Virus record (IMG/VR): IMGVR_UViG_3300046787_000129
Span: 32,001-96,000 of that record
Direction: 5' to 3' (one strand)
DNA length: 64,000 nucleotides
Source of the DNA: a virus
A model generated the notes under the pieces. The model had not been told where the DNA came from, did not search any database, and worked only from the letters and a program-made list of their open reading frames with translations. Positions 41,580 to 52,748 of this stretch are shown here, one piece after another; positions within the stretch are counted from its first letter, which is position 1; every line of letters begins with the position of its first letter. Both the position numbers and the translations under genes were made by a program.

Positions 41580-42592
41580 TGACTACTATGGAAGAGGCCC
41601 TAGCGGCACTAGACCCACGCATACGCAAGCGTCTATCAGACGGAACTGGATTCAAGACTGACTTTCAGCCAACACCAAGCTTTGGGCTAAACCGTGCATT
41701 GAATGGTGGACTACCTTATGGTCGTCAGATTCTTATCTGGGGATCGAAGTCGTCTGCAAAGTCTTCTCTATGCCTTCAGATGATTGCCCTTGCTCAAGAA
41801 GAGGGAAAGCTTTGTGCATGGATTGATGCCGAGATGTCATACTCAGAAGAGTGGGCTCAAAAGCTTGGGGTAGATACTAAGAACCTTATTGTATCTCAAG
41901 CACGTACTATCAATGAAATGGTAGACGTTGGTACCAACCTAATGAACGCTGGAGTTGATCTAATTGTAGTTGACTCTATCACATCTCTACTACCTGCAAT
42001 CTACTTCGAGAAGGACTCTGATGAACTTAAGCAACTTGAAAACACAAAGCAAATTGGAGCAGAGTCTAGAGACTTTAGTAACGCATGGAAGATGCTCAAC
42101 TATGCTAATAACAAAGTTAAGCCTACGCTTTTTGTTCTTATTAGTCAATCTCGTAACAATATTAGTGCTATGTATACAAGTCAGCAGCCATCGGGTGGCC
42201 AAGCGACTAAGTTCTACAGCTCAACTGTTATCAAACTTTTCTCGTCTGAGTCAGACAATCAGGCTATTAAAGGCAAGATTGCGGTGGGAGATAAGCTTAT
42301 TGAAGAGAAGGTAGGCCGTAAGGTCCGCTGGGAGCTTCAGTTCTCTAAGACATCACCAGGCTTCCAGTCTGGAGAGTACGACTTCTACTTCAGAGGCCCT
42401 ATGGTTGGCGTAGACAGCGTTGGAGACCTGGTAGATACAGCAGAGATGATGGGCATTGTAAGCCGTACAGGAGCCTGGTACATCCTACCAGATGGCTCTA
42501 AGGTTCAAGGTAGAGATGCATTCGTAAACCGTGTAAGAGAAGATGTAGATCTTCAGGATTCAATTAAGGCTCAGGTCAATGGCGAAATATAA
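41579..42592 (+). CDS. recA: RecA-like recombinase
   Basis: GGLPYGR, WIDAE, LIVVDSI, ISQSR, PSGG, GAWY, QGRD; variant Walker A GSKSSAKS. Confidence 0.9.
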   Translation: MTTMEEALAALDPRIRKRLSDGTGFKTDFQPTPSFGLNRALNGGLPYGRQILIWGSKSSAKSSLCLQMIALAQEEGKLCAWIDAEMSYSEEWAQKLGVDTKNLIVSQARTINEMVDVGTNLMNAGVDLIVVDSITSLLPAIYFEKDSDELKQLENTKQIGAESRDFSNAWKMLNYANNKVKPTLFVLISQSRNNISAMYTSQQPSGGQATKFYSSTVIKLFSSESDNQAIKGKIAVGDKLIEEKVGRKVRWELQFSKTSPGFQSGEYDFYFRGPMVGVDSVGDLVDTAEMMGIVSRTGAWYILPDGSKVQGRDAFVNRVREDVDLQDSIKAQVNGEI

Positions 42593-42755
42593 CATTTATC
42601 CAGGAACATTCAAGTGTCAGGAGTGTGGGGTAGAGGTAACATCTCTACGCTCATACCCAGATACAAAAGAGCTAACCTGGATGTGTAAGGATAAGCACCT
42701 TAGTCAGGTTAACCTGAAGATTAAAAAGACCAAGAAAGATTATGTAAGTGAGTGA
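42579..42755 (+). CDS. Small Zn-ribbon protein (58 aa, absent from the ORF track)
   Basis: MAKYNIYPGTFKCQECG...WMCKDKHLS; overlaps both neighbours. Confidence 0.7.
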   Translation: MAKYNIYPGTFKCQECGVEVTSLRSYPDTKELTWMCKDKHLSQVNLKIKKTKKDYVSE

Positions 42756-43032
42756 ACGAGGAGAGTCTAGAAGACTAGGTGCTAAGCAGCACAAAAACTC
42801 TGGTCGTGGCACACACAAGGGCGATGCTTCTTGGGAGGGATTCACCATTGACTTCAAAGAGGTTGGCAAGTCCTTTACACTTAATAAAGAGGTATGGGCT
42901 AAGGCTACTACAGATGCTATTCGTAACAACAACGATCCAGCAATTGTAGTAGTCCTTGGTGACTCTGGAATTAAAACTAGATTAGCAATTATAGAAATGT
43001 CTATATTAGAGCAACTAATTGATGGCGAATAG
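42748..43032 (+). CDS. PD-(D/E)xK nuclease, Holliday-junction-resolvase-like
   Basis: SERGE...NSGR...KGD...IDFK. Confidence 0.65.
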   Translation: MSERGESRRLGAKQHKNSGRGTHKGDASWEGFTIDFKEVGKSFTLNKEVWAKATTDAIRNNNDPAIVVVLGDSGIKTRLAIIEMSILEQLIDGE

Positions 43033-43078
43033 TCAGCGGTAGTGCTATACTATTAATAGTAAAACAACAGGAGTTCTT

Positions 43079-43384
43079 ATGGAACAACAGCAAACAACAC
43101 TAGATATGGTCAATGGTCTTACAGAGATCGCTGACTTTATGAATGATGAAGAGTTAACCGCAGCACTTACCTTTGTTGCTAAACTAATTATTAAACCAGA
43201 TATTCCCCTACAGGTAGCAACCGTAGAGATTGTCCGACTGCAAGCAATTGCAACTAAGATGTCTTTCAAAGCAACCTGGATGGCTAACGTAGATAAAGGA
43301 GACAGAGCGAAGAAGAACTTGTACTATACTGCTGCAGAATCAATTAATGCACTAGTATCAGCACTCAAGTACATTACTCGCTAG
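43079..43384 (+). CDS. Hypothetical helical protein
   Basis: TGCTATACT promoter (43043-43051) and SD AGGAG upstream. Confidence 0.7.
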   Translation: MEQQQTTLDMVNGLTEIADFMNDEELTAALTFVAKLIIKPDIPLQVATVEIVRLQAIATKMSFKATWMANVDKGDRAKKNLYYTAAESINALVSALKYITR

Positions 43385-43391
43385 TGTTAAC

Positions 43392-44195
43392 ATGGCAAAA
43401 AGTTTATTGCAGCAGGTAATGCTGAAACCAGTTCAGAAGAAGATTGACTCTTTTCTTGACGCTGACCAGCTTATTGAAAAGATTCGTTCTGGTTATACGA
43501 TTAATCGTGTAGCCAAGCACACACAGAAGAAAACATTTGCACCATCGACAATCGCATTCTCACACGGAGAGTGTGCTCGTTATTGGTACCTAGCCTTTGA
43601 TGGCGGTATCTTTGAGGACAATGCAGATGCTTATGGTGGTGCTAACATGAACGCTGGTACTAAGTCTCACGAGCGTATTCAGGAGGCCATGGGCAATGTC
43701 CCAGACTTCCTAATCGACTCTGAGTTTAAGATTACCTATGAGAACCCTCCAATCTTTGGTTACGGTGACGTAATGCTTAATTGGGAGGGACAAGAACTTC
43801 TTGGCGAAATTAAAACAATGCCAAGTGAGGGATTCGAGTATAGAAAGATGCACGGTAAGGCCAAGACTGGTCACCTAGTGCAGCTACTAATCTATATGAA
43901 GATTCTAAAGAAGGATAAGGCAGTTCTGATCTATGAGAATAAGAACAACCATGAACTACTTATCATACCAGTAGAGTTAAACGACTACTATGCTAGGTGG
44001 GTAGACCAGGCATTTGATTGGATGAGCAGTGTTCGTAAGGCATGGACAGATAGAACCTTGCCAGAGAAGAACTACCGTTCAAATTCAAAAATCTGTAAAA
44101 CATGTCCTATTTCTAAGATGTGTGCAGAAGCTGGTATCGGAGACATTAAGATGAAATCTCTGGAGCCAATAGATGAAACACTGTCAATGGTGTGA
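43392..44195 (+). CDS. Cas4-like PD-(D/E)xK exonuclease
   Basis: PSTI...CAR, GTKSH, GYGD...EIKT, QLLIY, C-terminal CKTCP...C. Confidence 0.82.
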   Translation: MAKSLLQQVMLKPVQKKIDSFLDADQLIEKIRSGYTINRVAKHTQKKTFAPSTIAFSHGECARYWYLAFDGGIFEDNADAYGGANMNAGTKSHERIQEAMGNVPDFLIDSEFKITYENPPIFGYGDVMLNWEGQELLGEIKTMPSEGFEYRKMHGKAKTGHLVQLLIYMKILKKDKAVLIYENKNNHELLIIPVELNDYYARWVDQAFDWMSSVRKAWTDRTLPEKNYRSNSKICKTCPISKMCAEAGIGDIKMKSLEPIDETLSMV

Positions 44196-44457
44196 CCACA
44201 CATTCGAAACTAAAATATCTTATCAGATATACTGTTCTGCATCTTGTAGAGAATCTGCAACTAAAGAAAAGATATCTGCCAGGTACTTGCTGACACGTAG
44301 AAGCAAGCGTACTGGTAAGGATAGAAAGTGTAAGCATTGTAGTTCACAACTATCAATATACAACGATGACGAGCTTTGCACAAAGTGCGAGGTAAATCCA
44401 AAGGATGTATTCAACGTCCTTAAAGATATCAAAGGCTTGGCTAATGGTAAGAATTAG
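44173..44457 (+). CDS. Zn-finger protein
   Basis: CQWC, YCSASC, CKHC, CTKC. Confidence 0.7.
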   Translation: MKHCQWCDHTFETKISYQIYCSASCRESATKEKISARYLLTRRSKRTGKDRKCKHCSSQLSIYNDDELCTKCEVNPKDVFNVLKDIKGLANGKN

Positions 44458-45016
44458 TTCATCAATAAAACCAGACAAGATCTGTGCAATTGACGCTAGT
44501 ACCAATAGCCTTGCCTTTGCTATTTTCCATGGTGGCAAGCTGCATAGCTGCGGTAAGATTAGATTCGATGGCATAAACGCCTATCAGAAGCTAGGAGATG
44601 CTGCTAGAAAGTCTCTGCCATTCTTTGAGCAGCTAGACATAGACGCAATTGTTATTGAGCATACTGTGTTTATAAACTCACCAAAGACTGCTTCAGACCT
44701 TGCCCTGATACAGGGAGCACTTCTGGGGGCAGCAAAACTTGCAGGTATTAGAACAGCAGGATCTATTAATCCTATTACATGGCAGAGCTTCATTGGTAAC
44801 AATAAGCTCTCTGTAAAGGAAAAGCAGGAAATGGCTGCTGAGTTCCCAGGCAAGTCTAAGAACTGGTACCAGAACAAGTCTAGAGAAATAAGAAAGCAAC
44901 GAACAATTAAGTTTGTTAATACTTATTATGATAAGAACCTGACAGACGATGATGTTGCAGATGCAGTTGGCATTGGCCACTATGCAATTCACAATTGGGA
45001 AAAGATTGACAAATAG
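44444..45016 (+). CDS. RuvC-like Holliday junction resolvase
   Basis: AIDAST, IVIEH, PITWQ, DDVADAVGIG. Confidence 0.85.
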   Translation: MVRISSSIKPDKICAIDASTNSLAFAIFHGGKLHSCGKIRFDGINAYQKLGDAARKSLPFFEQLDIDAIVIEHTVFINSPKTASDLALIQGALLGAAKLAGIRTAGSINPITWQSFIGNNKLSVKEKQEMAAEFPGKSKNWYQNKSREIRKQRTIKFVNTYYDKNLTDDDVADAVGIGHYAIHNWEKIDK

Positions 45017-45024
45017 GAGATAGT

Positions 45025-45177
45025 GTGTCAAAATTATATACTAGCGAAGTTTGGTTAAAGAAACGCTACTGGATGGACAAGAAAACTCCAGAAGAAATTG
45101 CAAAAGAATGTGGGACAAGCGTAGAGACTATCTATGTTTATCTTGCTAAGTTTAAACTAAGACGATCGAAGCGATGA
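45025..45177 (+). CDS. Small HTH protein (50 aa, absent from the ORF track)
   Basis: SD AGGAG, GTG start; KTPEEIAKECGTSVETIYVYLAKFKL is HTH-like. Confidence 0.75.
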   Translation: MSKLYTSEVWLKKRYWMDKKTPEEIAKECGTSVETIYVYLAKFKLRRSKR

Positions 45178-45338
45178 GAATTTTAAAACATTTTAAGAAA
45201 AAGCTTGTTGGGTTCTATGTAGGACTAACATGTAAACACGAGGCTCCCAGAGAGTCATCATGTCCCTTTACTGGGATAACCTATATTGTATGTAATAAAT
45301 GCACTAAGATAATTGGTGGAAGGAAAACAAATGGCTAA
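45174..45338 (+). CDS. Small Cys-rich protein (54 aa, absent from the ORF track)
   Basis: ATGA coupling; CKH...CPFTG..Y..CNKC. Confidence 0.65.
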   Translation: MRILKHFKKKLVGFYVGLTCKHEAPRESSCPFTGITYIVCNKCTKIIGGRKTNG

Positions 45339-45573
45339 AGCAACAGCACTAGAGATCACCGTGGATCAGGTTAATCACCCGTCCCACTACACGGCCCACC
45401 CAAGCGGTATTGAGGCCATTCAGATTACTAGGCACATGAACTTTAACCTTGGTAACGCTATTAAGTATATATGGAGGGCAGGACTTAAGAATGAAGGAAA
45501 GCACATCGAAGATCTCAAGAAAGCGATCTTTTACATTAATGACGAGATTAAACGAATTGAAGGACAAGCCTAA
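45331..45573 (+). CDS. DUF3310 (SaV-like) protein
   Basis: DQVNHPSHY, FNLGNAIKYIWRAG.K, EDLKKAIFY. Confidence 0.88.
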   Translation: MAKATALEITVDQVNHPSHYTAHPSGIEAIQITRHMNFNLGNAIKYIWRAGLKNEGKHIEDLKKAIFYINDEIKRIEGQA

Positions 45574-45824
45574 TGACCCAACTCCTAAAAGAGCCACAGG
45601 TAACACTCCCCAGCGGAAAGATCATTGAAAAGGGAGAAATCTTTAGAGTATCTGGAGAGTATGGACTTAAGTTTAAGTTCGAGAGTTTAACCATCAACCC
45701 AGAGACTGGGTCAGAATGGGTAGATTGCTTTGAAGTATTTCGAGGCAGAGCAGGAGCGTTTAGATCATTCAGAATTGAACGAGTAAAGCGTATCCCTAAG
45801 AAGAGAATTAAGAAGGCTAAGTAA
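45573..45824 (+). CDS. Hypothetical small beta protein
   Basis: Coupled ORF; EWVDC...FRSF. Confidence 0.65.
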   Translation: MTQLLKEPQVTLPSGKIIEKGEIFRVSGEYGLKFKFESLTINPETGSEWVDCFEVFRGRAGAFRSFRIERVKRIPKKRIKKAK

Positions 45825-46360
45825 TGTCATTTGAAGACTTAACAGTTGAGCACCTGGATGAGGTGAACAAGGTTGTAGAGAAGTATCTGCAGGGCAGTGA
45901 GCCTACGCAGATATCTAAGGAACTATCCTTGCCACGTCAAAAGGTAGTTGCTCACATTCAGCAATGGCGTGAGATGGCTTCTGACAACGCAGCTATCCGT
46001 GCACGTGCTAAGGAAGCACTTGTGGGGGCAGACACCCACTACACAAAGCTAATCAGCAAGGCGTATGAGGTCATTGACGAGGCTACGACTACTGCAAATC
46101 TAAACGCTAAGACTTCTGGCATCAAGCTAGTCATGGACCTAGAGTCCAAGCGTATTGATATGCTCCAGAAGGCAGGACTCCTTGAGAACAAGGAACTTGC
46201 AGAAGAGATGGTTGAGATTGAGCGTAAGCAGGATATCCTAGTTAATATACTTAAGGATATTGCTTCAGAGCACCCACAGATTCGTGACGAAATTATGCGT
46301 AGACTTTCTTTGGTTGCCAGAGAACGAGAGGTAATCACAATTGTCAACGATGTTCAATGA
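45824..46360 (+). CDS. Terminase small subunit (putative)
   Basis: N-terminal HTH (PTQISKELSLPRQKV), helical, overlaps TerL. Confidence 0.7.
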   Translation: MSFEDLTVEHLDEVNKVVEKYLQGSEPTQISKELSLPRQKVVAHIQQWREMASDNAAIRARAKEALVGADTHYTKLISKAYEVIDEATTTANLNAKTSGIKLVMDLESKRIDMLQKAGLLENKELAEEMVEIERKQDILVNILKDIASEHPQIRDEIMRRLSLVAREREVITIVNDVQ

Positions 46361-48125
46361 TTTCTTTGAGGTTCTCAAGGATAACAACTTTGCTGAAAGA
46401 CCAGTAGACGCTCGTACATTCGTCGAGGGCACGGCATATCTAAACCAGCCACCACTGTCACAGATTCAGTATGACATCGTAGAGGCTATGAGTCAAATTT
46501 ATAAGCTTGAAGATCTTATAGATCTGTTAGGTGAAGAAGAGGGTAGACGTTATTTTAAAAAGTATACAAAGAATGAAGTCATTCTTCAGCTTGGTAAGGG
46601 TAGCGGTAAGGACTTTGTCTCTACAGTGGCTTGTTCTTACATCGTATATAAGTTACTATGCCTTAAAGACCCTGCTCGCTATTTCGGTAAGCCTTCTGGC
46701 GATGCTATTGACATTATTAACGTGGCTATCAATGCCCAACAGGCGAAAAACGTTTTCTTTAAGGGATTTAAGACAAAGATCGAAAAATCTGAATGGTTTG
46801 CTGGTAAATTCCACGCTAAGGCTGAAAGCATTGAGTTTGATCACGCTATCACAGTTTACTCTGGACACTCTGAACGTGAAAGCCATGAGGGGCTTAACCT
46901 CATACTCGCTGTTCTTGACGAGATTTCTGGATTTGCTCAGGAAATTGGAACAGGAAACGACCAAGGCAAGACGGCTGATAATATTTACAAGGCTTTCCGT
47001 GCATCAGTTGACTCACGTTTCCCAGACCTAGGAAAGGTAGCCCTGCTATCCTTCCCACGTTATCCAGGAGACTTTATCTCTCAGAGATACGATGCAGTGA
47101 TCGCAGAAAAAGAAGTTGTCACAAAGCATCATAAGTTTATTATGAATGAGGACCTACCAGAAGATGCAGAGGGCAATACCCTAGACATCGAATGGGATGA
47201 AGACACAATCCTCTCATACAAGTTCCCAGGCATGTTTGCTATCAAGCGTCCAACCTGGGTAGTCAATCCTACAAGAAAGATTGACGATTTCAAGTTAGCG
47301 TTCTATACTGATATAGGTGACGCTATGCAACGCTTTGCGTGTGTTCCAACTTTCTCATCCGATGCGTTTTTTAAGCAGGTAGAGAAGGTACGTGCATGTA
47401 TGACTATTCGTAATCCTATTGATGGATATAAACGAATTGATGATACATTCACTCCAGATCCAGACAAGACCTACTACGTCCATGCTGACCTTGCACAGAA
47501 ACATGACAAGTGTGCTGTTGCAATCGCTCACGTAGAGAAGTGGGTTAATGTTCAGGTAGTTAAGGATTATCAGCAGGTAATGCCTGTGGTAGTCGTAGAC
47601 GCTGTAGTTTGGTGGGAGCCAAGAGTTGAAGGCCCTGTAAACCTATCAGAGGTTAAGCAGTGGATTCAAGGCCTACGCAGAAGTGGATTCAACATTGGCA
47701 TGGTCTCGTTTGACCGCTGGCAGTCGTTTGATATCCAGAATGAGCTGAAGCAGGTTGGTATTCGTACTGAGACTGTTTCGGTAGCAAAGAAACACTACGA
47801 GGATATGGCAATGCTAATGTACGAAGAGCGTCTAGTTCTTCCAACAATTGAGCTGCTATTCGAAGAACTTACAGAGCTTAAGATCGTTAAGCAGAACAGG
47901 GTAGACCACCCACGTAAGTCTTCTAAGGACCTTGCGGATGCTGTCTGTGGTGCCATATTTGGTGCCATTAGCCACACACCGAAAGATACTAACCTTGAAG
48001 TAGAGGTTCATACATTCAGAGATAGACCAAAGAAACAAGTTGACATGGGCAACGACAACGTGATACAATTAAAACCCATGACCGAAGAAGTTCGTGAATA
48101 CTTACAACGATTTGATTTAATCTAA
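46341..48125 (+). CDS. Terminase large subunit
   Basis: Walker A LGKGSGKD, Walker B AVLDE, nuclease HADLA...D, SFDRWQS, VDHP..SSKDLADA. Confidence 0.92.
   Translation: MSTMFNDFFEVLKDNNFAERPVDARTFVEGTAYLNQPPLSQIQYDIVEAMSQIYKLEDLIDLLGEEEGRRYFKKYTKNEVILQLGKGSGKDFVSTVACSYIVYKLLCLKDPARYFGKPSGDAIDIINVAINAQQAKNVFFKGFKTKIEKSEWFAGKFHAKAESIEFDHAITVYSGHSERESHEGLNLILAVLDEISGFAQEIGTGNDQGKTADNIYKAFRASVDSRFPDLGKVALLSFPRYPGDFISQRYDAVIAEKEVVTKHHKFIMNEDLPEDAEGNTLDIEWDEDTILSYKFPGMFAIKRPTWVVNPTRKIDDFKLAFYTDIGDAMQRFACVPTFSSDAFFKQVEKVRACMTIRNPIDGYKRIDDTFTPDPDKTYYVHADLAQKHDKCAVAIAHVEKWVNVQVVKDYQQVMPVVVVDAVVWWEPRVEGPVNLSEVKQWIQGLRRSGFNIGMVSFDRWQSFDIQNELKQVGIRTETVSVAKKHYEDMAMLMYEERLVLPTIELLFEELTELKIVKQNRVDHPRKSSKDLADAVCGAIFGAISHTPKDTNLEVEVHTFRDRPKKQVDMGNDNVIQLKPMTEEVREYLQRFDLI
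48040..48069 (+). promoter_or_regulatory. Sigma70-type promoter inside the terL 3' end
   Basis: TTGACA-18-TACAAT with extended TG. Confidence 0.6.
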
Positions 48126-48153
48126 TCAATATATAAAAGGAGAGAAACAAAAT

Positions 48154-49086
48154 ATGGCTTCATTTAAGAAGACTCTAATCGCTACTGCATCGGCAGTGGC
48201 ACTTGTAACAACCGCTCTAATCGCAGCACCTGCAAACGCTGCAGTGTCAACCGCTCTAACTGTTGCTGGCTCAGCTGCAACTGGCGGAACCACTGAGGCA
48301 ACCGCAATTGCCCTACCAGTTCCTGCAGATAACTCTGTAGACACCGTAGACACTCTAGACGTTGCTCTATCTGGCATCACCGCTGGAGAGGCCGTAGCCG
48401 TTGTTGCTACTGACGCAACCCTAGTTGCTGCTGGCACCACTGGTGCAATTACTGTAACCACTGGAGCATCTACTCTAAACATTGCAACTGGTACTGGTAC
48501 CACTGCAGGCTTCCGAGTATATACTAAGACTACTAAGGTTGGAAAGGTTGTTGTTACCGTTGGTGCTGCAACTCCAGTAACCTACTATGTCAAGGGTACT
48601 GCTGGTGCACTTAACGCTATCGCATTGACTGCTCCTACTGCTGCTCTAGGAACCACAGCTAAGGTTACTGCTACTGGTACTGACGTATTCGGTAACGTAG
48701 TTTCTGGTGCAACTGTTGCCCTTCAGGTAATCAGCGGTTCAGCAACCAACACCTACTCACTGACCACCACTGCTGACGGTACTGCCGTTAAGGAGCTAAC
48801 TGGTCTATCGGTAGACTCATATGACCTACTTGCAACTGCTACCGTAGCTGCACAGGTAACTGGTCTTGCAAAGCCAGTTGGCTTTGTTAAGGGTCAGCTA
48901 AAGGTTGTAGACCTGTCAGCACTTGCTGCTGGTAAGGATGCAGAGCTTGCTGTTGCTATCGCAACCATCGCAGACCTAAAGGCACAGATTGTCGCCCTAA
49001 AGGCTGCAGAAATCGCCAAGTACAACGCTCTTGCTACTCGTTGGAACAAGGCACACCCAGCTAAGAAGATTGCTCTACGCAAGTAA
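48154..49086 (+). CDS. Secreted Ig-like surface (S-layer-like) protein
   Basis: Signal peptide ending APANA; Thr/Ala/Val-rich beta body with TDVFGNVVSG; basic coiled-coil C-terminus; SD AAGGAG. Confidence 0.7.
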   Translation: MASFKKTLIATASAVALVTTALIAAPANAAVSTALTVAGSAATGGTTEATAIALPVPADNSVDTVDTLDVALSGITAGEAVAVVATDATLVAAGTTGAITVTTGASTLNIATGTGTTAGFRVYTKTTKVGKVVVTVGAATPVTYYVKGTAGALNAIALTAPTAALGTTAKVTATGTDVFGNVVSGATVALQVISGSATNTYSLTTTADGTAVKELTGLSVDSYDLLATATVAAQVTGLAKPVGFVKGQLKVVDLSALAAGKDAELAVAIATIADLKAQIVALKAAEIAKYNALATRWNKAHPAKKIALRK

Positions 49087-49103
49087 TTAGCTAACAGATT
49101 GGC

Positions 49104-49133
49104 TAAGGGGCAGGAGGTAAAACTTCTGCCCTT
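49104..49133 (+). terminator. Hairpin, probable terminator with weak U tract
   Basis: GGGGCAGGAG-gtaaaa-CTTCTGCCCT. Confidence 0.55.
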
Positions 49134-49170
49134 AAGTCTCTCTGGACTATTAAAAACGGAGGTAGAATAG

Positions 49171-49555
49171 ATGTCTATCCAAATCATATACTTCTCAAAT
49201 TATTCAGGGAATACCAAGAGATTTGTAGAAAAGCTAACGGACACAGCCGTTAGAATCCCCATAAAGGGAGACAGCCCTAGGGCCAGCAGTGAGTACATCC
49301 TCTGCGTTCCTACCTATGGTGGTGGCAGTATCAAGTCAGCCATCCCCAGGCAGGTAAAAGAGTTTTTGAATATCCCTGAGAACAGGGACCTCCTTCGTGG
49401 AGTTATAGGTTTAGGCAACACAAATTTTGGAGAAGACTTCTGCAAGGCTGCAGAGCTAATCTCACAAAAAGCTGGGGTACCAGTAATAGCCAGAGTGGAA
49501 ATCTTTGGTACAGACGACGATGTAATTAAAGTAAAAGAAAGGTTAAGGTTACTGT

Positions 49556-49566
<11 letters not shown>
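49171..49566 (+). CDS. nrdI: Class Ib RNR flavodoxin NrdI
   Basis: [31 protein letters not shown]. Confidence 0.95.
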
Positions 49567-52641
<3,075 letters not shown>

Positions 52642-52658
52642 CCTAGATACATCGGCTT

Positions 52659-52689
52659 GGGGTCTACCTTTCGGGGTAGGCCCCTTTTT
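52659..52689 (+). terminator. Intrinsic terminator
   Basis: GGGGTCTACCT-TTCG-GGGTAGGCCCC followed by TTTTT. Confidence 0.88.
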
Positions 52690-52748
52690 GACGCCTAACA
52701 ATATAGTATAATAGTATTACTAGACATCCAAAACCCAAGGAGGATGAC

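Noticed and set aside
43392-44195. Cas4-like gene as part of a CRISPR system
   Set aside because: No repeat-spacer array or other cas genes seen; solo Cas4-like nucleases are common in phage recombination modules
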